Source of the DNA: Mizuhopecten yessoensis
Lineage: Eukaryota
Length of the DNA: 64,000 bases
NCBI RefSeq assembly: GCF_002113885.1
Contig: NW_018406089.1
Span: 586,447-650,446, forward strand
Direction of reading: 5' to 3'
A program made the position numbers and the translations under genes. Of this stretch, positions 38,571 to 51,117 are shown in pieces. Position 1 is the first letter of the stretch, and every line of letters begins with the position of its first letter. The notes below the pieces were generated by a model. That model was not told the origin of the DNA and ran no database searches. It was given only the letters and a program-made list of their open reading frames with translations.

Positions 38571-39977
38571 GTCAATATCCTCAATGCCGAAACAAGCATC
38601 TCCCGGATCCTTATATGAATATAATTATATATGTTGGCAATAGAAAAATGCAAACAGTAATTTGTACAGATTTTATCAGAGACTATGACGCTTTACAGAT
38701 AACATATTTACTCTGCATATTTTGTTTGCATCAATAGAGAATGATTATCTAACGAAAATATGCTATTTTACACTGAAGTTAAAATTAAACCTGATATGTA
38801 TTGGTGTTCGGTTAAGATGAATGCAACGACAAAAGAGGAGGATGAAATCTTTTTATAAAGAGGAAATCGAACCTTAAGGATAAGAACAAAAGACGATGAG
38901 ATGGGATTCGTTCCAAGCAATGATGGCAATGATACACTATGACAGGCATTGACGTAATGGAGTTACGATGATACATGTATTTACCAAGTAATTTTATATG
39001 CAGTACACTAGTGTCCAGTGTATGTATACCACTTAACACAAACATTGCTAGTATCATACTCTGCATCCCGCCACCTTATTTTAAAGTAACCTTCATAAAT
39101 AGAAGTAGGATAAGCGTATATACGTTAACATACTTAACAATTCGTGGGTATCGTGTTGGTCACCAATTCTCACAACCCGTACAAATACATATAAGAATCT
39201 GTTTCCATCGCTTTGTAGTTTTAATTTATTTTGGAACATCAAACTTTGTTTTAATTCAAAACGAATGAGATATGTTTTCCAAATCTCGATTCCTTTTCAG
39301 ACAGAGTATTTTGGTTTTGATGTTAAGAAAGAAAATGTCTCCTGTTTGATATACCTTTGCAGTTGTTACCTGTTTATTACAATTATATGTAAAAAAACAT
39401 AATTATCTAATCAGTGTACACTCACTCATTCATTCTGAGCTCATTTCGTGTACCGACATATTGTCTATTGTCAGATTTCTGACTAGTACAGTTCTGGAGA
39501 ATTATATTCTACGTTGGTATGGTGTCCACATTGTGAATGAAAAAATGCATATTGAAGACAATATTTCAGAGTCGAAAACGGTGGAAAAATTGACAATATG
39601 CCTAATGTAGACGAATTAAGCTGAGAATGAGGTATTATCACAGGTTCGACCAGACAATAGACATGTATACACAGGCCAGCCCCATACTTGCCTGCCAGTA
39701 AATGTCTCCTTCCTGCTGTGGTAGGTAGCAAAAATCATTATACACAAATCCTCAACTATTACACATTCAGATATCGATAAATATTTAAAATAATCGATTT
39801 CTGTCAGATTGTTTCTGTTTCGTTTTATCTTGTCTGCTTTGTTTTTTATTATCGATCAGACACGTAGGAAGTATCCTATAGTAAATAAAGATAGCGTAGG
39901 CTTATGATTATGTGCAGACAATAAAAAAAGATATGTGAATATTTTAGTAGGATTACTGAGATCCACACATCACTCAC

Positions 39978-40059
39978 GTCCTCGTATTTCGTGGTAAGGA
40001 AACCCCAGCTCCCCGGCCACGTCTTAGTCGCAGTCTGCTCGTGGTGCACGTGGTCCTTC
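39978..40059 (-). CDS. CIMIP1: CIMIP1-like exon 2
   Basis: ttacAG acceptor and GTGAGT donor; (W)KDHVHHEQTATKTWPGSWGFLTTKYED matches the family motif WPxNWGFLTT. Phases fit both neighbouring exons. Confidence 0.88.
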
Positions 40060-40915
40060 CTGTAAACATATCGATGTAAATCTAAGATGAAAAATGATGG
40101 CAAACAAAGTAATAAAGAAAAATTCGCATAGGTGTTATGGTAGTGCATGTTTTACGAACGGTTAAACCGCAAACACAAACTTACAACATCTGTTTATAGG
40201 TTGGAGTGGTATCGTTCATACTTACTAGTAACAGAAAGCAAATTATGATTTAAGTCAACTCTGCTCTCATAGAAGAAAACGATAGCAAGAAAAACAGCTC
40301 TTTTCCATTACAGTAAGATGGGAGTATCCCTATTAAACTTGAAATTGTATAAGACAACACACATACACTCAATGGTAGAATTGCATTTTCATTGAACATT
40401 GGCACAAGAGACAACCTCCGTAGAAGTGTACTGCATAACGCTATTCAAATTATGTCCCCTGTAGATGTAGATGATATTTCTGTCTCCTCTGCTGAGGGGA
40501 CACTAAAGGGATCAAAGCCGCTGAATTGAGACCTAGTATCTTTCTGTTTGCCCGCTGGCATCTTAATATCTTGCCATGGCTTCATACCCTTAACCAAACC
40601 AACAATGTCACAGTGCAGCACAAAAATTATTTCCTTAAACCTTTTAGCTTGCATCAGATGTATCCGGCACATCCCGCTGTTCGAGGACAGATGTTCATTA
40701 CAGTTTAAATAAATATATTTGAATACAATCTGATTTTTGTGTGTGCGAACAACAGTGAAGTACCATCAGCATCAGGAAATATTTCATCTAAAACCGGAGA
40801 GATGGGAAAATATATCAGTATGTCAGGAAAGGAGAGGCAATGCGAAGTATATTTGGATAAGACAGGAGAGAATTATCATCAATAAGATTTATCAGTCTGG
40901 AAATATGTGATATCA

Positions 40916-41061
40916 AAGTTTTACTTTCTACACAAACAATGTACGTATTAAACGTGTCGTAACGATTCAAGGCCGTCTGGTTATGACAAAGGAACCAGTC
41001 GATCCTGAAAGGTTGCGAGACACGTTTAATACGTACATTGTTTGTTTAGAAAGTAAAATTT
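40916..41061. repeat. 145-bp fold-back inverted repeat
   Basis: TTTTACTTTCTACACAAACAATGTACGTATTAAACGTGTC pairs with GACACGTTTAATACGTACATTGTTTGTTTAGAAAGTAAAA (one mismatch). Imperfect pairing continues inward to a ~10-nt loop. Confidence 0.9.
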
Positions 41062-41762
41062 CAGGAGATAATTCATTGTGAAGTTCGTGGAAATTCAACA
41101 GAAACTAAGGTGGACAAAACAAAAGACAGCAGGAAAAATCGGTCTTATATACCAAACAGCTATCGGTCATAAAAGATTACAAACGACTTAAACAGGCTTG
41201 TGAGGTGTGAACCAGCAGGTAATGGACGAACAGTAAGTAGTAGATCCGAAAGATCTATTGGCTTTATCTGGTTTAAAGGCAGATAAACAACACAGTTAAA
41301 CTAAAACGTTGCCGACGATTCTTGATAGATAGGGTTCGAACGACTAGACCTACGTCATGAATTACCAGTACCTCTTTGGAGTAAGAACAAGGCAGCATTA
41401 CGGATGTATGGTATTTCAATCAGATAACACTATTAACGAAAGTTCGTTATGTTGCGAAAACAGTTAAATCGATCTAAAATACCCTGGTCGTTTTGATGAG
41501 AGCGTGTCAGTACTATCCAAAGTTCTATAGCAATATGTATTTTATTAGCAATACAATGCATGCAATAAGACCTGGGCTCCTTGGTGACACGTGTAAGAAA
41601 TTAAAATAGGTTTTTATGGTGGCATATAACTTGTTTAAAAAATCATAATAAAATTACTGATACAAATTATTCCCGACATCCCCGAAATCCCCACAAGTAC
41701 TGTAAATCACTCCTACGTAGGTACCCTTCAGCCCGGCGTGTGCTTGTTTGATTTCCCTATTG

Positions 41763-43137
41763 AATATACCTGACCCACTGTAGGTAAACCTTACCCCACG
41801 TACCATTATAACCTTCTAATACATTTCTAGGGTACTATATACCTGTCCCATTGTAGGTAAACCGTACCCCACGAACCACTATAATCTCCTAATACACCCC
41901 TAGGGTACGTTATACCTGATCCACGGTAGGTAAGCCGTACCCCAGGTACCACTATAATCTCCTAATACACCCCTAGGGTACGTTATACCTGATCCACGGT
42001 AGGTAAGCCGTACCCCAGGTACCACTATAATCTCCTAATACACCCCTAGGGTACGTTATACCTGATCCACGGTAGGTAAGCCGTACCCCAGGTACCACTA
42101 TAATCTCCTAATACATCACTAGGGTACTATATACATGACCCACTTTAGGTAAACCTTACCCCACGTACCACTATAATCTCCTGATACATCCCTAGGGTAC
42201 GTTATACCTGATCCACTGTAGGTCAACCGTACCCCACGTAGCACTATAACCTCCTAATACATCGCTAGGGTACTATATACCTGACCAACTGTAGGTAAAC
42301 CGTACCCCACGAACCACTATAATCTCCTAATACACCCCTAGGGTACGTTATACCTGATCCACGGTAGGTAAGCCGTACCCCAGGTACCACTATAATCTCC
42401 TAATACACCCCTAGGGTACGTTATACCTGATCCACGGTAGGTAAGCCGTACCCCAGGTACCACTATAATCTCCTAATACACCCCTAGGGTACGTTATACC
42501 TGATCCACTGTAGGTCAACCGTACCCCACGTAGCACTATAACCTCCTAATACACCCCTAGGGTACGTTATACCTGATCCACTGTAGGTAAACCCTACCCC
42601 AGGTACCACTATAATCTCCTAATACATCACTAGGGTACTATATACATGACCCACTATAGGTAAACCTTACCCCACGTACCATTATATCCTTCTAATACAT
42701 CCCTAGGGTAAGGTATACCTGATCCACTGTAGGTAAACCCTACCCCAGGTACCACTATAATCTCCTAATACATCCCTAGGGAACGTTATACCTGATCCAC
42801 TGTAGGTCAACCGTACCCCACGTAGCACTATAACCTCCTAATACACCCCTAGGGTACGTTATACCTGATCCACGGTAGGTAAGCCGTACCCCAGGTACCA
42901 CTATAATCTCCTAATACATCCCTAGTGTACGTTATACCTGATCCACTGTAGGTAAACCGGACCCCACGTACCACTATAATCTCCTAATACATCCCTAGTG
43001 TACGTTATACCTGATCCACGGTAGGTAAGCCGTACCCCAGGTACCACTATAATCTCCTAATACATCCCTAGGGTACTATATACCTGACCCACTGTAGGTA
43101 AACCATGCCCCCCGTACCACTATAACCACCTAATACA
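41763..43137. repeat. Minisatellite, 73-bp unit, about 19 copies, in CIMIP1-like intron 1
   Basis: Unit TATACCTGATCCAC(G/T)GTAGGTAAGCCGTACCCCAGGTACCACTATAATCTCCTAATACACCCCTAGGGTACGT; period 73 (ATAATC at 41881 and 41954). Confidence 0.97.
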
Positions 43138-43576
43138 GCCAATCCATTTACAACACATTACGTGCTCGTCACGTTTGTTTACTATGATATTAAAGTATTT
43201 ACACTAAGGATCGACCCCATGGAGATTAGGTTTGAAATTAATACAAATCATGATGCTCGATAATAACAACAGGCGCTTAATAAATTGATTGATACAGTAA
43301 TACGGGGCTGTTTTATAAAAATGGTTTAAATATATGACACACGTTTTATGTATCCTTTCAGTTAAAACAGCACATGCCCTATATTTAAGTAGGTGTACTC
43401 GACTTTAAAAAGTAAACGAACTAGTATTCATATTTTTCACAATGTTGACTCCACACCTTATGACTTCCTCGTCATATTTTGAGAGCGTGTTCCAATTACA
43501 CTTTGCTTAGTTGGTCGATACCTTGCGATGTGTTACACCTTGGTTTGGTGGTCGCTGGTGTGTATTATACAATTAT

Positions 43577-43684
43577 TGTCCTTGTTGTTGGAAAGCACGA
43601 TTCTTTGTTTCCCCGAGATAAATCGTGTTTCACAATGATTAATCGAAAGGAAACAAAGAATCATGTTTCCCTAACAAAAGGACA
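43577..43684. repeat. ~110-bp fold-back inverted repeat
   Basis: TGTCCTTGTTGTTGGAAAGCACGATTCTTTGTTTCC pairs imperfectly with GGAAACAAAGAATCATGTTTCCCTAACAAAAGGACA. Confidence 0.8.
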
Positions 43685-44742
43685 GTGCAATATTTTGTTA
43701 TAAGCGAAATAAAACAATATCACAACTGTAACGATGGTAATTGTTGTCGTCTGTTTCAGTCGCTATGACCTCAGGTGGTGTGGCTTTTGCAAATGTGTTT
43801 AGGGGCTCCCGAATAAGTAAAATATGAACGGGGAAACTCGAGCGCGTGAGGCCAACACGATGTTTAATCAGTTATCCCGACAGTGGTGTTTATTGACATT
43901 TTATTGGCAGTACAGATCGCAGGTGTATCAGAGTAATAATAACTTACCCTATGTACACTGGTCATCATAGCACTACTTATAAACACAAAACCACACTATC
44001 CGTGTGTGTCTACTGTCTGGATTAAGTCAACACTGGACATCACGGCCGAGAGATAAGGCACCAACCTCGGGGCCTGGACGGATTGATCTGCGTGCAGGTC
44101 TCATAGTCATAGAAAAGGATTGGCAATCGCAATGAACAAGCTCAGTAGTTAAATAGTTAATTTGTGTTCCAACCCCCCACAAAAAGTACAATTTCATCAT
44201 CATTGGATTAAATTACAAAGAGGCTTCTCTATACAAAGCTACGAGAGATCTTAATGCTATAAAGGCTACGTAATGTCCGAGAATTAGAATCAACATGTAT
44301 ATACTTTGTACATATAATATACATGTTTTGTCATGAACCTTGTAACCTTCTTATAACGAACAGTGCATTGTTATTCACAATGACCTGGAGTTGTTTGATT
44401 GTCTATACGACTATAGCATGTATCACGTACAATGGAGACAAACGACTTAATTAAGAATTCGCGATAAGGCTAGACCGACAACTGCTTTATGGAACCTCTT
44501 ATGTGATGTCTATTCATGAAGAACATTTCGAAATTTTCGAACTCCTGGTGAAGAGGTTATGTCATTTAGCGCGTTTCGAAAGTTTGCAAGATGTTTTGCA
44601 TTTAAACAGTGTTTCCGCTAAAAGAGTTTTTCCTCCGACAGTCATATGATGTAAAAGTCTAAATACCTTAATTCAGTGCTCCAATTATCACGACAGTGTA
44701 CTTTTCCTCTTTGACACAATGATCATTGTTCAGTTAAGTTTA

Positions 44743-44868
44743 AGGGGTAGAGAGAAGGCAAGGTTGTGTCTAGAGGGGTAGAGAGAAGGCAAGGTTGTGT
44801 CTAGAGGGGTAGAGAGAAGGCAAGGTTGTGTCTAGAGGGGTAGAGAGAAGGCAAGGTTGTGTATAGAT
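44743..44868. repeat. 31-bp tandem repeat, 4 copies (AGGGGTAGAGAGAAGGCAAGGTTGTGTCTAG)
   Basis: Directly visible, near perfect. Confidence 0.95.
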
Positions 44869-44913
44869 GGGGTTATTTTTATCTTTTCAATTATTTTGGA
44901 ATTGATCATGACA

Positions 44914-45210
44914 CCAGGGCCCTAATTCATGAAAGCGATCTCATGCTAAAGCATGGATTTTATGCTCAAACCTAATTTCTTGTTTTAGTTATAAATTAAT
45001 AAACAACTCTTATTTTGACAATGATTTAGAAAAAAATTGAAAAGACTCAAAGCCAAATACTGTTTTAAGACTCAAAGCCAAATACTGTTTTCAATTTTCA
45101 CATTTGACTTTTTGATCGTTTGAGATTATTTAAGCGAGTTACAAGAAAGTAGGTTTGAGCACAGAATCCATGCTTGAGCATGGGAACAGTTTCACGAATA
45201 CGGGCCCTGG
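44914..45210. mobile_element. MITE with ~70-bp imperfect TIRs (PIF/Harbinger-like)
   Basis: CCAGGGCCCTAATTCATGAAAG...CATGCT.AAGCATGGATT.T.TGCTCAAACCTA.TTTCTTGT is mirrored by ACAAGAAAGTAGGTTTGAGCACAGAATCCATGCTTGAGCATG...TTTCACGAATACGGGCCCTGG. CWG flanks suggest Harbinger (inference). Confidence 0.75.
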
Positions 45211-46874
45211 AAACAGCCTTGAATTCCTATTTTTTCACTTGGACAAAACTGAGGGTAGATGAAAACCTTTAGGATACATCTTGTAGCCTTGTTGATGTCC
45301 GGTTTGTTATAGGTGGACGAATCAATTCAAGTACCAATGGGTAAACGCTGAATATCGTTATTGTAATAACTTTAACCGAGTGACCATCTTTTAGCGTTTA
45401 ATAAGCCGCAAAGGCTAAGTCAATGTAAAGGGGTTTATATGTGTGGATATGCAGGACATGTCTACTTTACAATGCGGGAAATAGGGGTTAATTTAGCCTC
45501 GAAGTGTACAATGAATAAGCATGTCAATAAATGCATGCTAAATTATAGTTACTAGAAACTGCAAAACATATGATAGTTGCTTAACTGAAATAATTTACTT
45601 CATGGCGGATCACGAACAATTGCAAACATGATTCGGGTACATTAGTTTATGGAAAGTTATAATCACTTCTATTACACTGGCAAAATTATCATGCGTTTTT
45701 CCAATTTAATAATAGTAAAATACTTCCGAACGGTATAGGCGGGAACCCTTTTCAATGAGAAACTACGTATACGCCATGGCTAGTTGGTATACTTAATTAT
45801 ATATTGGTTGGTTGTCGTATAATGTATTGTAGTACAATACCTATGTCTGTTCATAGTTAATACCGTGATTGTGTATATATACCAGTAGAAGTATGAGGTT
45901 AGGCAGACTGTGAAATTAATTTAAATTCAGTAACGGCACGTATTGAGAAACCCACAATGAAATACCTATAGAACTATGGCCGCTAGTATACGCCTTATTG
46001 CATCTCCTTAATTATCGTCAACCAATGTTAATTTAATTTGACAGCTTTTTTAAGGAACATTCATATGTAAGAATTATAATTCTCGAGACACTTATTCTAC
46101 CTCCTAATCTTACAACGTGATGCGTACGTGTATAAATCTTTGGAAGTCAATTTTAAATAACCCAGTATAAGCCGATTTAAGAATATTCCCCGTTCAATAT
46201 ATTATTTCTTTCTTTTAAGGTTATGTCTCTGTCCGGGTGGGACCCTAGTTTTATGGTTTATTAAGTGTGACATATTGATAACGTAATCCTCAGCTTATTC
46301 AGCGATGTGTTTGTATTGTGCACTTGATGTGGAATCACTATGGTGTAAGATAGGTGTAGACAGTGCGACATCTTGGAATGTATTTACACTCCTAGTAAAA
46401 TGTACGACAAAAATTCTCATTCGAGTTGTCAATATTGAACTCAAGATAGCCTGTCAAGTCATATAGCCGACGTTTAATTGTAAAAAAAAGTGTGCCTACT
46501 CATAGTCAATGTATGTTTAAAAGAAATCTGTTAATTACGATGTAGCATTGACTGACACATTTAAAGGTAAACTGTAACGTATTTGATCCCTTGTGAGTTA
46601 ACGTTAGATACGTTTGCTATCTTCGTTATTTAAATAATGTACATTATGCATGTTCACGGAACCTGTAAATGGTAACGATAAGATTAAACGCTTAGTCTTA
46701 TATTAGCAAATGTGGTTTGAGTTGAGATAGGTAGATTAGTGTGTATAGGTAAACACACCTATAAGTAGAGGTGTGTATATAAGTACACCAATACTGTGTA
46801 TATGCCTTGTCACCGTATGCAAGAACACGATAATTATATGTATTTCTTCTCACTATCAATGTCCGAGTACATAC

Positions 46875-46936
46875 CAGATCTGGTCCTGGGCCACGAAGTT
46901 ACATCCAGCCGCTGCTTTCCCAATCTTGTCAGCCAT
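46875..46936 (-). CDS. CIMIP1: CIMIP1-like exon 1
   Basis: ATG at 46936; MADKIGKAAAGCNFVAQDQI(W) followed by GTATGT donor in phase 2, completing TGG with exon 2. Matches family NxVxQDxIW. Absent from the ORF track. Confidence 0.88.
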
Positions 46937-47058
46937 ATTGGTATCTTTGACGTCCACGAACGATCACTGTATCTGCCCGAACTCCCGAGATGTTTTTAGA
47001 AATACAAATCTGGTGTGGTTACTTCCGTTCGTACTTAAGATTCACGGTTGGCTGGCTC

Positions 47059-47071
47059 GTTCCTTGGTTAC
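47059..47071. promoter_or_regulatory. RFX X-box candidate (GTTCCTTGGTTAC / GTAACCAAGGAAC)
   Basis: Fits the RFX imperfect palindrome and lies ~120 bp upstream of the ATG of a ciliary gene. Confidence 0.6.
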
Positions 47072-48906
47072 CGGACGCTATCTTACTAACATGGACTCTG
47101 CCGTATTGTGTTTCCAATAAACCATGCATTTATTATAAGGGTATGCCATTCACTCTCTCCCGTTAGCGCTCTTTATTTGCTTAGGCAAATGACACTTTGT
47201 ATGTAGTGAGTGTTATAAATAAAGGTAATTTACATACTACGAGCGTTCCAATCTAAATCGATTTCCTGAACATATAACTAGATAATACACCTGGAAGTAC
47301 AGGTAGTGAGCTTGTCTGGCAGGCTGTACATTACCCGTAGCTTACGTATATACTTCACTGACAAACAGTAGCACGTTCAAATAATTAAATAATTAGAAGG
47401 AACGACCAACTAACCTTAAATCTATGTCGGATATATGAGAGAGCGAAAAAAGTTAAATAAAAGAATAGCGTCTAGGTTCTTGTGTAACAGCAACTGAAAA
47501 CCTGTGTAATGATTAGGAAAACAGTAATGGTTGGAGCAAAGGTAAGTTTCTTTTTGAAAAGTATGTAGTTCTGAAGAAAATACTTATAAAATTAATTCCA
47601 TGTTTTTTCCCATACTCATTTTTATTTTTAATTAATTTTATATATTTATTATTATTTTACTAGCTATTTTTACATCGATGTTATACATGAAAGAGTGTTT
47701 GTTGTAATGATATATGACGTCATATTTATCACTAATCATGACAGCATGCACGCGCTATGAGAGGACAAAACGTCTGCCATCTGTGTATTGTTTGTTTTTC
47801 GAAGCGAGTGAAGATGAATTGCAATCGATGTCATACATGTTAAACACATGAAGTATAGGGAGATAACTCGTGTAGTTATTACAATTTATTCAAGTCAAAT
47901 ATGTTTTACCCTTGCATATCTGGTTTTAAGTATGATAGAAAAGAATATTACGACTTCAAAATGTATGGAAAAACGTTTAAATTATGAGAGAAACTCCAAG
48001 GCAATGTCCGGGGAAAGAACACACCTGATGTATCCTAATGCGTGTCATAAAAGGCAACTAAAATGAGGCCCAATGCAGAATCGGTTTTTTTCTAAGGGAA
48101 CAATGGAGAAACCACAATTGAGCTGCTTCTACCATTACAACATTTGGGATCTTGATATGTTTTCTCTTTACTTCCTGAAAACCTTTTGGTTTCCTTATGC
48201 CTTGCTTGGCAATACCCCACGTTTGGCCTTAATGTCAAGCGTTCACCAAAGTTAAACTCGACATAGGCACTGAGGTCATGTTGATGGCATAGCCTCCTAT
48301 TACACACTAATGGGTGTGGCAAGTTGAAGAATAAAACCTCGAAAACTTTTGCAAATAATTTATATCAATCAAATTTAAGAGTGCGATAGAAAAAAATCCG
48401 CTAAAAGCCGCAAATGACCGTAGCTTTCCGACTTAACATCACTGATGTAGCTTAATCATATATTGGTTTCTTTCTGCGCTCCACTCAACAGAACCAAAAT
48501 AACAACGCATAGATTTTTTAATAATTTATTAAAAACAATATGAAGCAACAACAACAAATACATTAAACTCAATAAAATATAACAATTCTCCACACACACA
48601 AAATCAACATACATGTGGCTTCACTACGTACTACATGTCAAGTTACCAGCCATGATGTTCCATCAGTGTAAATAAACTAATATGGTTAAATAAAACAGTA
48701 AATATAATAATTTATAAAAAATACGTTTGCGCAACATTAAGGCGCCACTAATCTATATACAAGATGATATTAAATAGCAAATGTTTTGCTAAATTGCATC
48801 ATACTATTAAACTTAACAATACGAATACTGTCACTTTTACCAAAGAATTAGCTATCTAAGTCCGTGCTTTTACAAATGAGTTTTAAAACACTAGCATATC
48901 GATCTC

Positions 48907-50850
48907 TCAGTACACTTCCTCAACTGTTGGACCTGTACCTGGCCCTCCCCGTGTCTCCTGACCACAGTTCCCGTAGGAGGCCCCACTAGTATTACCCTGT
49001 GGGGAACCCCCGTGGAGTTTGGTCATTATAGGTGAACACAGTTTCTGGAATTCCTGTAGTTTATATTCGTATTCCTCCACATCAGCCGTGGTGTTACTGT
49101 CCAGCCACTTCAGGTTGTCCTCACATTCCTGACACACAGTTGATTTGTCCTCCGACGAGAGTTTGTCACCAGAATTTTCTATCGCCTGTTTGACACTGAA
49201 AATGTAGTTTTCAAGCTGGTTCCTGGCAGAAACTCTTTTTCTCTGTTTCTCATCCTCGTCTTTGTATTTTTCCGCGTCGGACACCATTTTATCAATGTCC
49301 TCTTTACTCAGACGTCCCTTATCGTTTGTAATTGTGATTTTGTTGGATTTCCCTGTACTCTTGTCCTCCGCCGAAACGTTGAGAATTCCATTAGCATCAA
49401 TGTCAAATTGCACTTCGATCTGCGGAACACCCCGAGGTGCAGGAGGGATGCCGTTGAGTTCGAAGCGTCCCAGTTGGTTGTTGTCCTTTGTCATAACTCG
49501 TTCTCCCTCGAATACTTGGATACCGACACCAGGCTGGTTATCAGAATACGTAGTAAATGTCTGTGATGTTTTTGTGGGGATTCTAGTATTCCTTTCGATC
49601 AGTTTGGTCATCACACCTCCGGCCGTTTCTATTCCGAGAGATAAGGGAGCCACGTCCACGAGAAGAACATCCTTGATGACGTTACTACTGTCCCCTGTAA
49701 GCACGGCGGCCTGAACTGCGGCACCGTACGCTACAGCTTCATCAGGGTTGATGGACTTGTTCAGCGGTTTTCCGTTCATGAAATCTTCGAGCATCTTTTG
49801 TACCTTTGGTATACGTGTAGATCCGCCAACCAGCACGATTTCGTGGATTTTCGATTTGTCCATCTTTGCATCACGAAGTGCCTTTTCCACGGGCTCTAAT
49901 GTAGAACGGAATAGGTCGGCACACAAGTCCTCAAATCTGGCTCTCGTGAGCTTACTGTAAAAGTCAATGCCCTCAAACAGGGAATCAATTTCAAGGCTTG
50001 CTTCACTGCTGCTCGAAAGGGCTCGTTTTGCACGTTCACATTCGGTGCGAAGTCTTCTCAAAGCCCTGCTGTTCTTACTCAAGTCTTTACCATATTTCCG
50101 TTTAAACTCCTGTACAAAATGATTGACTATTCTGTTGTCGAAATCCTCCCCACCTAAGTGTGTGTCACCAGCTGTAGCTCTCACCTCGAATATTGAACCC
50201 TCGTCGATAGTCAGAATGGACACATCAAATGTTCCTCCACCAAGATCAAAGATTAGAACGTTTTTCTCTCCTTTCAAGTTCTTTTCCAGTCCATAAGCCA
50301 GCGCAGCAGCCGTCGGTTCATTGACGATTCTGAGGACGTTAAGTCCGGCGATCATCCCAGCATCCTTTGTTGCCTGTCTTTGGGAGTCATTGAAATAGGC
50401 TGGCACTGTGATCACAGCATCCTTGACCTTTTGACCCAAGAAAGCCTCAGCCGTCTCCTTCATTTTAGTAAGAACCATGGAACTGATCTCCTCTGGTGTG
50501 AACTGTTTTGTGGTTCCATTGTAGTCTACCTGAATATTTGGTTTACCCGCGTTGTTGACGACCCTAAATGGCCAATGCTTCACGTCCGACTGGACATGAG
50601 GGTCATCGTATTTCCGTCCGATCAACCGTTTTGCATCGAAAATGGTATTCTGTGGGTTCATGGCCACTTGACCCTTGGCAGCGTCCCCGATTAATCTCTC
50701 TGAGTCTGTGAAGGCCACATAACTAGGCGTGGTCCTGTTTCCCTGGTCGTTGGCAATAATCTCCACCTTCCCATGTTGGAATACTCCGACACAGGAATAC
50801 GTCGTACCAAGGTCTATACCAATAGCTGGAGCTTTACGTGAGCTTGACAT
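48907..50850 (-). CDS. HSP70: Inducible cytosolic heat shock protein 70 (intronless), copy A, 647 aa
   Basis: Full ORF with [22 protein letters not shown] and [14 protein letters not shown] signatures; ends GPTVEEVY. Confidence 0.98.
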   Translation of the reverse strand: MSSSRKAPAIGIDLGTTYSCVGVFQHGKVEIIANDQGNRTTPSYVAFTDSERLIGDAAKGQVAMNPQNTIFDAKRLIGRKYDDPHVQSDVKHWPFRVVNNAGKPNIQVDYNGTTKQFTPEEISSMVLTKMKETAEAFLGQKVKDAVITVPAYFNDSQRQATKDAGMIAGLNVLRIVNEPTAAALAYGLEKNLKGEKNVLIFDLGGGTFDVSILTIDEGSIFEVRATAGDTHLGGEDFDNRIVNHFVQEFKRKYGKDLSKNSRALRRLRTECERAKRALSSSSEASLEIDSLFEGIDFYSKLTRARFEDLCADLFRSTLEPVEKALRDAKMDKSKIHEIVLVGGSTRIPKVQKMLEDFMNGKPLNKSINPDEAVAYGAAVQAAVLTGDSSNVIKDVLLVDVAPLSLGIETAGGVMTKLIERNTRIPTKTSQTFTTYSDNQPGVGIQVFEGERVMTKDNNQLGRFELNGIPPAPRGVPQIEVQFDIDANGILNVSAEDKSTGKSNKITITNDKGRLSKEDIDKMVSDAEKYKDEDEKQRKRVSARNQLENYIFSVKQAIENSGDKLSSEDKSTVCQECEDNLKWLDSNTTADVEEYEYKLQEFQKLCSPIMTKLHGGSPQGNTSGASYGNCGQETRGGPGTGPTVEEVY

Positions 50851-51030
50851 GTCTTATGATTGTGAAACTGTCAAAGCGAAAGTAGATATAGCACTAGTTC
50901 GTTTATACTAGTCCGCCCGCTTTGTGCTGGATATATGTACACAGGTGTATACAGATACGTCCCTTCTGTTACTTCCACGTAGGTGTCTGACAACTTTTCG
51001 GATTCTGACCACAACTTGTGTGCGCCATGG

Positions 51031-51117
51031 TTATATACAACTTTTCGATCATTTCCTGAATTATCTAGAAAATCTAGAACTTTCTGGTGATTGGATCAAT
51101 CTAGAAACATCCCGAAT
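51031..51117 (-). promoter_or_regulatory. HSP70 copy A promoter: TATA box (51031-51037) and heat shock elements
   Basis: TATATAA on the minus strand ~180 bp upstream of ATG, followed by nGAAn/nTTCn arrays (TTCCTGAATTATCTAGAAAATCTAGAACTTTCT; ATCTAGAAACATCCCGAA). Confidence 0.85.

Noticed and set aside
38444-38600. CTGACGA...GAAAC hammerhead candidate
   Set aside because: No stem II closes between the core boxes at a plausible spacing.
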